Part shown: positions 53,460 to 64,000 of the stretch, piece after piece
How positions within the stretch are numbered: position 1 is the first letter of the stretch
Layout of the letters: the number at the start of each line of letters is the position of its first letter
Assembly (NCBI GenBank): GCA_964016885.1
Contig: OZ024741.1
Coordinates: forward strand, 195,362,001 to 195,426,000
DNA length: 64,000 nt
Source of the DNA: Eledone cirrhosa
Lineage: Eukaryota
Direction: 5' to 3'
Made by a program: the position numbers and the translations under genes
Notes under the pieces: model-generated
Told to the model about the DNA's origin: nothing
Seen by the model: the letters and a program-made list of their open reading frames with translations, nothing else
The model's database searches: none

Positions 53460-54962
53460 CTTAAGCTCTTCGGGAAAAGTGAGAAGGAGTTGAATGTGCT
53501 TGTTGACACTGTCCGTATTTTCAGCAGTGATATATGTATGCAGTTTGGTATTGGTAAATGTGGAGTCATTGTGATGAAGAGGGGTAGGTTGAGCAGAAGT
53601 AACGGGATCCAGATACCAACAGGTGAGATGATAAAGGAAATTGACTCTGAGGAAGGATACAAGTATTTGGGCGTTCTGGAGGCTGATGGCATAAAGAACA
53701 AAAAAATGAAGGAATTGTTAAGAACTGAATACATTCGGAGAGTAAGGAGCGTATTGAAGTCACATCTGAACAGCAGAAATGCCATAAGCGCAGTAAATTC
53801 CCGAGCTGTGTCTATTATTAGGTACAGTGCGGGAATTCTGAGATGGAATGTTGCTGAACAAAAAGAAATGGATAGGAAGACTAGGAAGCTATTGACTATC
53901 TACAACATGTTCCACAAGAGGAGTGATGTCGATAGACTCTACCTAAGGAGATCTGAGGGTGGAAGAGGTCTTATCAGCATAGAGGACTGTGTTCAGATGG
54001 AGAACAACAACCTATACAAATACGTGACCTATAGTAAGGAGCCAATGCTCAGAGCTGTACTGAAGGAGGGGACAGTAGGCCAGGGGATACCCAAGGAGGA
54101 AATAACATCAAGGAGGAAGAGCAGCCTTAAGGGAAAATCCCTTCATAGTACCTTCTTTGAGAAAACTGAATTTAGAGATCCACAGACATGGAACTGGTTG
54201 AGAAGAGGAGACCTCAAAAAGGCTACAGAAGGAATGCTAATGGCTGCGCAGGAGCAGGCCCTCAAAACGAAGTGGTTGAAGCACCATATCTACAAGGAGG
54301 AGGCTAGCCCACTGTGCAGGATCTGTGGAGAGAGAGAGGAGACTGTGGCTCACATTGTGTCCGAGTGTAAACACCTAGCCCAGACCCACTATAAGGGCTG
54401 GAGACACGATGTGATGGGCAGGGTGATCCACTGGCACCTGTGCAAAGTAAACAATCTACCACATTCTGAGAAATGGTATGAGCATAGGCCAGAGGCGGTG
54501 ATGGAGAACAGTCAGGTGAAGGTGCTGTGGGATTTTAGGATACAGACGGACAAAAAACTGGAACACAATAGACCTGACCTGGTGGTTGTGGACAAAGAAA
54601 AAAGATCGTGCCTGATTGTGGATGTGGCCTGCCCGTTCGACACGAGAGTGCAAGAGAAGGAGAGGGAGAAAATTAACCGATACCAGGACCTAAAGTGGGA
54701 GGTGAAAAGGATTTGGAACTGCCATGAAGTCAAAGTGATCCCGATTGTCATAGGCGCACTGGGGACTATCTCCAAAGGTTTCCAGGGATGGTTAAAGAAA
54801 ATCGGCCCCTTCACGCTTTTTGGAACGCTTCAAAAGGCATGCTTGCTTGGAACGGCAAGAACCCTCCGATACGTCCTGAATATCTGAGGCTGCAGGTAGT
54901 GGCTTGATATTCAATCCAACGGACTTTCCAGTTAACCAACATCAATGACTGAGATTCAAGGA
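53460..54962 (+). mobile_element. 5'-truncated R4/Dong-like element, family 2, copy 1
   Basis: Open frame to the stop at 54887 with [17 protein letters not shown] and [16 protein letters not shown]; (AAT)n on both sides. Confidence 0.95.
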
Positions 54963-54973
54963 ATAACAATAAC

Positions 54974-55008
<35 letters not shown>

Positions 55009-55030
55009 TTTCTTTATTAACCACAAAGGT

Positions 55031-57112
55031 ACCACAGTTCTGATAATGAAAGACCGAATCAAGGGTAATGATGCTACCAACTATAGACCTATCACATGTC
55101 TGCCCGTAATGTGGAAACTGTTGACGAGCATTGTGTCTGAGGAAATCTACCATCACCTCCACACAAACAACTTGTTACCGGACGAACAGAAAGGATGCCG
55201 AAAGAAGTCACGTGGTACAAAGGACCAGTTTCTTATTGATAAGATGGTAATGGGGAATTGCAGGAGGAGACACACTGATCTTGCCATGGGATGGATAGAC
55301 TACAGAAAGGCATTTGACATGGTGCCTCATTCCTGGATCACCAAAAGCCTGGAGATCTTCAGGGTGGCAGATAACATCAGACAGTTGCTAGGCAGGAGTA
55401 TGGGGTCCTGGGAGACAGAGTTGACATCAACTGGAGTATCCTTGGGAAGCGTGAAGATCAAGAGAGGTATCTTCCAGGGAGATAGCCTGTCACCTCTGTT
55501 GTTTGTCCTTGCCATGATGCCCTTGACCATTATGCTGCGAAAAGTGAGAGCAGGATACAAGTTGGGAAGGGGAGAGCTTACCATCAATCACCTCCTCTTC
55601 ATGGACGATCTTAAGCTCTTCGGGAAAAGTGAGAAGGAGTTGGATGTGCTTGTTGACACTGTCCGTATTTTCAGCAGTGATATATGTATGCAGTTTGGTA
55701 TTGGTAAATGTGGAGTCATTGTGATGAAGAGGGGTAGGTTGAGCAGAAGTAACGGGATCCAGATACCAACAGGTGAGATGATAAAGGAAATTGACTCTGA
55801 GGAAGGATACAAGTATTTGGGCGTTCTGGAGGCTGATGGCATAAAGAACAAAAAAATGAAGGAATTGTTAAGAACTGAATACATTCGGAGAGTAAGGAGC
55901 GTATTGAAGTCACATCTGAACAGCAGAAATGCCATAAGCGCAGTAAATTCCCGAGCTGTGTCTATTATTAGGTACAGTGCGGGAATTCTGAGATGGAATG
56001 TTGCTGAACAGAAAGAAATGGATAGGAAGACTAGGAAGCTATTGACTATCTACAACATGTTCCACAAGAGGAGTGATGTCGATAGACTCTACCTAAGGAG
56101 ATCTGAGGGTGGAAGAGGTCTTATCAGCATAGAGGACTGTGTTCAGATGGAGAAAAACAACCTATACAAATACGTGACCTATAGTAAGGAGCCAATGCTC
56201 AGAGCTGTACTGAAGGAGGGGACAGTAGGCCAGGGGATGTCCAGGGAGGAAATAACATCAAGGAGGAAGAGCAGCCTTAAGGGAAAACCCCTTCATAGTA
56301 CCTTCTTTGAGAAAACTGAATTTAGAGATCCACAGACATGGAACTGGTTGAGAAGAGGAGACCTCAAAAAGGCTACAGAAGGAATGCTAATGGCTGCGCA
56401 GGAGCAGGCCCTCAAAACGAAGTGGTTGAAGCACCATATCTACAAGGAGGAGGCCAGCCCACTGTGCAGGATCTGTGGAGAGAGAGAGGAGACTGTGGCT
56501 CACATTGTGTCCGAGTGTAAACACCTAGCCCAGACCCACTATAAGGGCTGGAGACACGATGTGATGGGCAGGGTGATCCACTGGCACCTGTGCAAAGTGA
56601 ACAATCTACCACATTCTGAGAAATGGTATGAGCATAGGCCAGAGGCGGTGATGGAGAACAATCAGGTGAAGGTGCTGTGGGATTTTAGGATACAGACGGA
56701 CAAAAAACTGGAACACAATAGACCTGACCTGGTGGTTGTGGACAAAGAAAAAAGATCGTGCCTGATTGTGGATGTGGCCTGCCCGTTCGACACGAGAGTG
56801 CAAGAGAAGGAGAGGGAGAAAATTAACCGATACCAGGACCTAAAGTGGGAGGTGAAAAGGATTTGGAACTGCCATGAAGTCAAAGTGATCCCGATTGTCA
56901 TAGGCGCACTGGGGACTATCTCCAAAAGTTTCCAGGGATGGTTAAAGAAAATCGGCCCCTTCACGCTTTTTGGAACGCTTCAAAAGGCATGCTTGCTTGG
57001 AACAGCAAGAACCCTCCGATACGTCCTGAATATCTGAGGCTGCAGGTAGTGGCTTGATATTCAATCCAACGGACTTTCCAGTTAACCAACATCAATGACT
57101 GAGATTCAAGGA
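55031..57112 (+). mobile_element. 5'-truncated R4/Dong-like element, family 2, copy 2
   Basis: Nearly identical to copy 1 over the shared 1.5 kb; ends in AAT repeats. Confidence 0.95.
55046..57037 (+). CDS. Uninterrupted 663-aa RT, CCHC and RLE portion of the R4/Dong family 2 polyprotein
   Basis: [54 protein letters not shown] and RLE motifs; no stops. The start is an internal Met. Confidence 0.9.
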   Translation: MKDRIKGNDATNYRPITCLPVMWKLLTSIVSEEIYHHLHTNNLLPDEQKGCRKKSRGTKDQFLIDKMVMGNCRRRHTDLAMGWIDYRKAFDMVPHSWITKSLEIFRVADNIRQLLGRSMGSWETELTSTGVSLGSVKIKRGIFQGDSLSPLLFVLAMMPLTIMLRKVRAGYKLGRGELTINHLLFMDDLKLFGKSEKELDVLVDTVRIFSSDICMQFGIGKCGVIVMKRGRLSRSNGIQIPTGEMIKEIDSEEGYKYLGVLEADGIKNKKMKELLRTEYIRRVRSVLKSHLNSRNAISAVNSRAVSIIRYSAGILRWNVAEQKEMDRKTRKLLTIYNMFHKRSDVDRLYLRRSEGGRGLISIEDCVQMEKNNLYKYVTYSKEPMLRAVLKEGTVGQGMSREEITSRRKSSLKGKPLHSTFFEKTEFRDPQTWNWLRRGDLKKATEGMLMAAQEQALKTKWLKHHIYKEEASPLCRICGEREETVAHIVSECKHLAQTHYKGWRHDVMGRVIHWHLCKVNNLPHSEKWYEHRPEAVMENNQVKVLWDFRIQTDKKLEHNRPDLVVVDKEKRSCLIVDVACPFDTRVQEKEREKINRYQDLKWEVKRIWNCHEVKVIPIVIGALGTISKSFQGWLKKIGPFTLFGTLQKACLLGTARTLRYVLNI

Positions 57113-57135
57113 ATAACAATAACAATAATAATAAT

Positions 57136-58080
57136 GATTTCTTTATTAACCACAAGGGTTTACATAAAGTAGACATTAAGGACAGTACAGGACAATACAG
57201 GACGGTACAAATGGGCATTTCTGTGTGTAAAAAACAAAAACAGAGGATGTAACAAAAAATAACAATGAAAAATTCCCCAATAGGGGGGAGACTTCGGAGG
57301 GTCATTTGTGGAGAAAGCCCAGTAAAAGGCCACAGTGACCCTGACCACCAAGGCAAGTGCCCTCTCCTAGTTTTCCACCTTTAATTTACAGATACATACT
57401 CAGAGTAGGCCCATTCACTCGGGCCATTCTTGAGACTGGAATGTCTTCAGGCGCTCACAGCCCTCGACCAATCGGGCAATGTGATCGGTGGAAACTCCAC
57501 CTCGGCGTTCTATAGAGGATTAGTGGAGGGGAAGAGCGACGACGTACTTGGGGAAACTCTAGGCGTCGACGAAAATCAACTAACCAATCTCTTCGGAAGA
57601 ACTTTCGGGCCGGGGCCTATGGACAATTTCCAGAAATCTTTGGCCTGGCAGTGCTACCGAGGAGCCTTGCCAGTTCGGGATAAACTCTACAGGCATGGAG
57701 GTGCCGTCAGCCGGGCATGTCCGAGATGCGCGCAGGGTGACGAAACCGTCCTGCACGCACTCGTCCAGTGTCCGAAAATTGCTGACTTGTGGGTTTATGT
57801 CGAACACCTGCTGTCGCGTGTAGGACGGATCCGGCTGAGTCCATCGTGAGGATTGCCCCGCCCTCTTTCTTTAGCCGGGAAGGACAGGCAGTTTTTATCT
57901 GTCTGGTGGCCATGGCGAAAGAGATAGTATGGTGGACACGTTTGAAAGGGCTGAAGACGAGCACTTACCTCTTCGGTGATGCCCTGATTAACTTTTTCAA
58001 ATTTCATTTGAAAAGGAAAATCAGGGTAGAGAGGGAAGTGCTCTCTTCCCAGCATTTTGTTGAAAGATGGGTGAGAGAAA
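57136..58080 (-). mobile_element. Tx1 family A copy with a 5' inversion (3' end 57136-57432 on minus; inverted piece 57433-58080 on plus)
   Basis: The two pieces are adjacent in the long copy (58235-58530 and 58531-59185) but oppositely oriented here. Confidence 0.9.
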
Positions 58081-58180
58081 TAATCAGTTTAATATCGATG
58101 GTCCCATATAGGGACCGTATCAGGTATTAAGCTGATAAGAACAGATACTACACTTTGATCTTAGCCAAAAGGCCTAGAGA

Positions 58181-58181
<1 letters not shown>
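58081..58181 (-). pseudogene. U2: U2 snRNA 5' fragment (about nt 6-105)
   Basis: Minus strand reads TTCTCTAGGCCTTTTGGCTAAGATCAAAGTGTAGTATCTGTTCTTATCAGCTTAATACCTGATACGGTCCC..GGGACC..TATTAAACTGATT. It includes the branch-point motif GTAGTA and stops at the Sm site. Confidence 0.95.
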
Positions 58182-58235
<54 letters not shown>

Positions 58236-58483
58236 CTTTCTTTCTTAACCACAAGGGTCTACATAAAGTAGACATTAAGGACAGTACAGGACAATACAGG
58301 GCGGTACAAATGGGCATTTCTGCGTGTAAAAAACAAGAAACAGAGGATGTAATAATAGAACAATGAAAAATTCCCCAATAGGGGCGAGACTTCCGAGGGA
58401 CATTCGTGGAGAAAGCCCATTAAAAGGCCACAGTGACCCTGACCACCAGGGAAAGTGCCCTTTCCCAGTTTTCCACCTTTAAT

Positions 58484-61400
58484 TTACAGACACATACTCA
58501 GAGTAGGCCCATTCACTCGGGCCATTCTTGCCTTTCTCACCCATCTTTCAACAAAATGCTAGGAAGAGAGCACTTCCCTTTCTACCCCGATTTTCCTTTT
58601 TAAATGAAATTTGAAAAAGTTAATCAGGGCATCACCGAAGAGGTAAGTGCTCGTCTTCAGCCCTTTCAAACGTGTCCACCATACTATCTCTTTCGCCATG
58701 GCCACCAGACAGATAAAAACTGCCTGCCTTTCCCGGCTAAAGGAAGAGGGCGGGGAAATCCTCACGATGGACTCAGCTGATAGCCGGATCCGTCCTACAC
58801 GCGACAGCAGGTGTTCGACATAAACCCACAAGTCAGCAATGCTCGGACACTGGACAAGTGCGTGCAGGACGGTTTCGTCGCCCTGCGCGCATCTCGGACA
58901 TGCCCGGCTGACGGCACCCCCATGCCTGTAGAGTTTATCCCGAACTGGCAAAGCTCCTCGGTAGCACTGCCAGGCCAGGGATTTCTGGAAGTTGTCCATA
59001 GGCCCCGGCCCGGAAGTTCTTCCGAAGAGATTGGCTAATTGATTTTCGTCGACGCCTAGAGTTTCCCCAAGTACGTCGTCGCTCTTCCCCTCCACTAATC
59101 CTCTATAGAACACCAAGCTGGAGTTTCCACCGATCACATTGCCCGATTGGTCGAGGGCTGTGAGCGCCTGAAGACATTCCAGTCTCCAAGCGCTCCCCCT
59201 CGGTCTTCGCTTGACCCAGGACTGCAGCTCCGTCAAGGAGACGAGCTGGGGAAAGACGCGTCTAGCAAACGGAGACCACACCTGATCACCGTCGAGGAAG
59301 AGGTGGAGATGTCGTAGCCTGAGCGCGTGTCTGCGCATCATCAGCCACGACATTCCCAGCCCTCCACGTAGCGGGTGTTGACAGCAGATGGACCGCCTGA
59401 CCATCGGAGCGCGTCACTTCCACAAAAAGCGAAAGAGCAAACGCTCCAGCGCAGTCAGGTGGGGCTTAGGGCAAGGTACGACGGTCAGGCGGTAGTAGAT
59501 GACGGATGCTATGTACGCGTTAGTCACCTCCGCTCGACCTTTCAGGGATAGCTTCCTCTCCGCCCATTTCTGGGTGAGAGAAGCCACCCTGCTCGTCACC
59601 TCGTCCCAGTTTTTGTCCCTCTGGAGATCCGGACCGAACCAGACCCCGAGCAATTTAACTGGTCCGTCCGTCCAGCGCCCGACGACGCTGTTGGACGGCA
59701 TGGACCTGCCTCTCTAAGTGCCGAGCTGCAGGCCAACTGACTTTTCCTGGTTGATCATTGCTCCTGTCACCGCTTCGTATTCTCTTAGTGTAGTGCCGAT
59801 CGCTTCGATGTGTTTGGCGTTCGACACCACTACAGTGGCATCGTCCGCATATGCTGACACGGATCTTCCGCATCCTAGTTCGCGCGGGACCCCCCTCAAC
59901 GTCTCCAGTTTGTGCAGTAATGGCTCGAGAGTCAATACGTACAAGAGGGACGAGAGGGGACATCCTTGGCGGACCGAGCGCATGAGGTTGAACGGTTCCG
60001 ATAGGTGACTGTTCACTCACACCACAGAGCAGATGTCGCTGTGCATTGCAGCGATCCAACCTCTGAAGACGGGCCCAAAGCCAGCCGCCCTCAGGACTGC
60101 CGCTAGGTAACGATGGTCGACCCTATCGAAAGCTTTCAACTGATCTAAATTGATCAAGGACCCACCCGTGCCAGGTTCCCTAGCTACCCTCTCTACGATG
60201 TTTCGCATGAGGTGGAGGTTGTCGTGGATGGATCTGTCGGGAATGGCGCATGTCTGCGCCTCTCCCACCAGACCACCAACGACAAGCGCCAACCTCTTTG
60301 CTAGCACCTTGGCCAAAATCTTGAACTCTGTGTTTAGCAGAGTTATGGGCCTAAAATTATTTATGTTATCCCCCTTGTTCGGATCCTTTCTCAGCAGCGC
60401 CACAGCTCCTCGGCTCACAGAGCTGGGAATTCTCCCGTTCTGTTGCCAGTTGCAGTAGACGTTCGCCAAGATGCCCCCGAACAAGTCTGGCATCTGTACG
60501 TAAAGTTCATAGGGCAGACCATCCAAACCAGGCGATTTACCCCTTGTGCAGCTAGTCATTGCCTCCCGTACTTCAGCGGCGGTTATCGGCTTTTCGCAAC
60601 ACTCCGGCTCAGTGGCCGAGAGCCGCGGCAGTCCGTCGAGGTAGACACTAAAGTCCATCCCTCGATCCGGCCCGCCGCTGCCCCCGACAACTGAGCGAAG
60701 TGTCGCTAAAAATCTTCACACATTTGCCCGGGATCGAGTAGCATGCGCCCGTCGTGGTCCACCAAAGACCGGATCGTGGCTTTGTTGCCACGACGCGCCT
60801 CCGCCACTCGGGCCCATTGAACGGCTTTCGTCCCCTCGTGTCTGAGAGCACGCACCCTAGCTCTGACAATGCAGCCTTCGTGCTTTGCATTGAAGAATTG
60901 TTCAAGGGCCAATTTCGCCGCAAGTACGTCGGTCGCGATGCCTTTGCTAAGCGCCTCGTCTAATTTTCTAACTAATTCTCCCTCTGCTCTATTTTTCTCT
61001 ATTGCTAAAGCCATACTAAACCTAATGGACTCTATTCTAATTACTCTTTTAAGAGCAAACCACCACTTGTTGTTGACGATGGCCCCCGTCAACGCCCGCT
61101 TAACTAGTTCGCTAATCCGGTCTCTGTAGGCCTTGCGCGCTGGTAAGGACGCGTTTAGCTTCCAGTAGCCGGGTCCTCGTCTATGAAGCCTATCTAAGTC
61201 AAGCACACAGATAACGAATTTGTGGTCCGTGTAGCTGACTATCTTGAATTGTGGACAGCTTATGCTAGACCTATCTATTTCTCTACAAAATACTCTATCT
61301 AGATATGATCTGGATGACCCCATGCGATTTGTCCAAGTCCACATTGGCACATTCGGGAAATCCAATCGGTACCTGTCAGACAGTTCAAAATGCCTGAGCA

Positions 61401-61902
61401 GGTTGGTGAGGCTCTTGCACCCTCCTCCCCTATCCGCTAATCCCACACAGCCCCAGCGTGCATCTAAAATCCCGGTCCAGTCGCCCACTAACACTAAAGG
61501 GCGGGACGTTCCAAGAAAGGTCTCCAGACGCCGGAAGAAATCAGGCCGCCCTGCTCCTGTCGGGGCATAGACGGTCACTAGCCTGAAAGCTTGCCCGTCT
61601 CCGCTGGTCACGTCTAGCACCACCAACTTACCTTCTGGATTCAGGAAGATGGCCCGTATGGCGAGATCCAAACCTCTCCGAAAAAGCACAGCAACTCCTC
61701 CCCCCGATCCCGGACGGCTGGGAGATGCGTACACATCGTAGCCGCCGAAGATCGGTGCGAAGGCCCGTGCTTCGGAGATTCTGGTCTCGCTGATGGCCAC
61801 TACATCTATGTTTAGTGACCTGAGGTCGTTGAGCAGGTGGCCCTGCTTCCATGACGACCCCAAGCCACGCGCGTTTATGCTGCCTATTCTGAGTGAGGTC
61901 AT
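58484..61902 (-). pseudogene. Tx1 family A ORF2 (APE, RT, zf-RVT) with a few stops and frameshifts
   Basis: SINARGL, AISET, VYAP, SYLDR, TDH, WKLN, KAFDRVDH, RQGCPLS, YADD, VKLLGV and CPRC..H....C motifs. Confidence 0.95.
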
Positions 61903-61936
61903 GTTGAAATGGAGTGGAAAAGATGGGAAAGACCAC

Positions 61937-63866
61937 TTACCTTACTTCTCGTAGAGGAAGGATGGTTTGTCCATCCTTTTCACTGCTTGTGGCCTCCTCC
62001 GGAAGGATGTCCTTATAAATCCTCCTGGAGAGTGTTTGTCGGAAGTCTCCGATGTCTTTGGGGAATTTTTGTTTTAGAGTCGTGTACGTTTTCTGTGTGA
62101 TGCGAGTGATTTGTATGTGTAGAGGTGGTGTGAACTTTTGGGTTGTTGTGTAGTCTTTTTCTGTGATGCTGGTGTTGTGTTGCATGTAGTGTAATAATTG
62201 GTTGTTGTTCAAATTTAATGCTGTGTAGTGTGTATCGTTTTGGTTGTTTTGTTTTGTTTGCGTTTGTTGTGGGTTTGTTTCTGTTAAGCTTTTTGGTGAC
62301 TTTTGTGGTGTAGGTGATGGTGGTGTTGGGGTTAATGATGGTGAAGGTGTTGGTGTTTGTGGTGATGGGGTTGGTGATGCTGGTGTGGATGGTGGCATAT
62401 CTGTCCTAACTTTTTTTTTTATACTCTATTTGTTTCCCTCTGTATTTTGTTTTTGGAGGGGGAAGGAAGAGAATTTTTTCTTTTTTGGTTTCTTTTTTTC
62501 TTTTTTCCTGATACCGTTTCCCACTCCTCGTCGTCACAATCTGTTTCCAGTTGCGATAAGCCGGGGAGTGGAAAATCCTCCACAGGCGTTGGTTTTGGTT
62601 GTGGCGTGGTGGATGGTGTAGGCGCTGGTGCTAGTGCTAGTTCTGAAGCGTTGGGTGGTGGTGGTGTTGGTTTTGCTACTGTTGCTGGGGTTGTTGCTGT
62701 TACAGTTGCTTCTATTGTTGCTGCTATAGTTGTTGCTGCCATTTCTGCTGCTGGTGGTGTTGATTGTTTAGTCACTGGGGTGGGTAAGAGAGGTGGCCTC
62801 AACCTTTTAGCCTGAGGGCAGAAAGCCCTTAGGTGGGTTCCTTCACCACAAACGACACACCTAGGTCTTCTGCCCTCGACGATTACGGTGAGGTGGTTGC
62901 CGTCAGTGAGGTCTATTACCTCTGGGATCTCCTCAATGCTTTTATGGTCCGCTTGGATCAGGAGCTCCATCCCAGATCCGGACCAGTTCTCCTGCTTTTC
63001 TTTCGCTATTTCAATTATCTTGGTGTTGGCCTCGATGCCGGCGAGGACGGCAGCCATTAGCCAAGGAATTTCGATGGCCGGTGGAACGTGGGTCACCCTG
63101 ATCTTCACAAGTCTCTGGCCACAATAGCTTGGGACGAGTGTAAAGTTGTCACTTCTTAATGGGGCCATGGAGTGTTCTCTGGCCTCCTGTGGTGTTTCAA
63201 AGGACACGTCCACGGTTCCATACTTCTGCCCACGTCTGATGTGGGGGTTTTTTGCCCACTCATGTCCCAAAGCTTTTTGGATTTGGGACTCGGATGCCCC
63301 TTCCACTCGGCGCGATTTTATGTTAATTGTCCGATAAGACACGGTGCATAGGTGACGTTGCTCTATTTTATTAGGTGGGGGTGAGACTGACCCTGTACCT
63401 ATCTTTCTTTACCATTCCTTTGGCTTCTTCTAATTCCTCCTGAGTTACCTGGATCGCTTCGCACGTTTTTGCTACTCTGGCAAAACTCAGGGTAGTTTTC
63501 TTAATTTCATTGTTGCTGTTGTTGTTATCGTTATTTTTGCTATTGTTAATTTTAGTTTCAGTTGTGGTGGTGGTGGCGTCAGTGGTGTTCGGTGTGGAAG
63601 AGTTCATTTTGGTCGAATTCATTTCGATATCACGAGTTAATTTATTTTTTTTCTTTTGTTTCTGTTGTCGCTGTGGTGGTAGTGGTGGTGGCGGCTTTAA
63701 CACCTGCAGTCATTAGTAATGGCGGGAAATGAACGTCTGCCTGAGACAAATTTAAAATATTGCTACTGCTTACATTTCCAGTGTTGGCAAACGTAGCAAT
63801 ATTTACAATGGTGGTGTCGGTGTGAGGTGTTAGATTGTGAGGAAGGAGTGACTCTGAGTCAGCCAT
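61937..63866 (-). pseudogene. Tx1 family A ORF1 (gag-like, CCHC knuckle), disrupted
   Basis: CVVCGEGTHLRAFC; Pro/Thr-rich linkers; C-terminus homologous to family B ORF1 (KQKFP...GDFR....RIY.DIL). Confidence 0.85.
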
Positions 63867-64000
63867 GATTTTTCAAAGAAAAAATTTTTGTTTGATAATT
63901 ATAAAAAGTTTAAATTTTGGGCTCAAGGCCCCGATATTTTTTAGTGTCCTTTTCAGAAATCAATGTATGTGCACTTATATACAGTTAACAATAAAAATTT

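Larger units (their letters stand above)
58235..64000 (-). mobile_element. Near full-length Tx1-clade LINE, family A (5' end probably beyond the window)
   Basis: ORF1 and ORF2 present; the 3' end abuts (AAT)n at 58181-58234. Confidence 0.93.

Noticed and set aside
53346-53460. 513-aa ORF that seems to fuse a poly-Asn leader to the Dong protein
   Set aside because: Chance in-frame read-through from the family 1 3' UTR across (AAT)n into a truncated copy; the start is a GTG.
53460-57112. Two near-identical segments read as LTRs or an assembly duplication
   Set aside because: Both are coding 3' portions of a non-LTR element, with different 5' ends and scattered substitutions.
58081-58181. Functional U2 gene, or a Keno/Utopia-type U2-targeted insertion
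   Set aside because: It lacks the first nucleotides, the 3' half and any promoter, and the junction is at the Sm site rather than the known Keno/Utopia site.

Overview
AT-rich, microsatellite-dense animal genomic DNA. The tRNA-derived SINEs resemble those I recall from Octopus, so a cephalopod origin is an inference. I found no host protein-coding gene; almost all interpretable sequence is transposon-derived. The window holds three R4/Dong-like non-LTR families (RT plus restriction-like endonuclease), three Tx1/L1-clade families (APE plus RT), RTE and CR1 fragments, a short non-autonomous RTE-like repeat, SINEs, a solo LTR, hAT, Mariner and pogo remnants, and Penelope-like remnants with hammerhead ribozyme motifs and inverted repeats. 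The main pattern is microsatellite-specific targeting. One R4/Dong family has both junctions in (TATG)n tracts, which are the 3' tails of RTE-type elements. Two Dong families and two Tx1 families stack in opposite orientations in (AAT)n tracts, and SINE and CR1 tails supply such tracts. The 49-64 kb array also contains a U2 snRNA 5' fragment fused to a twin-primed, inverted Tx1 copy. All coordinates were read by eye and may be off by a few bases.
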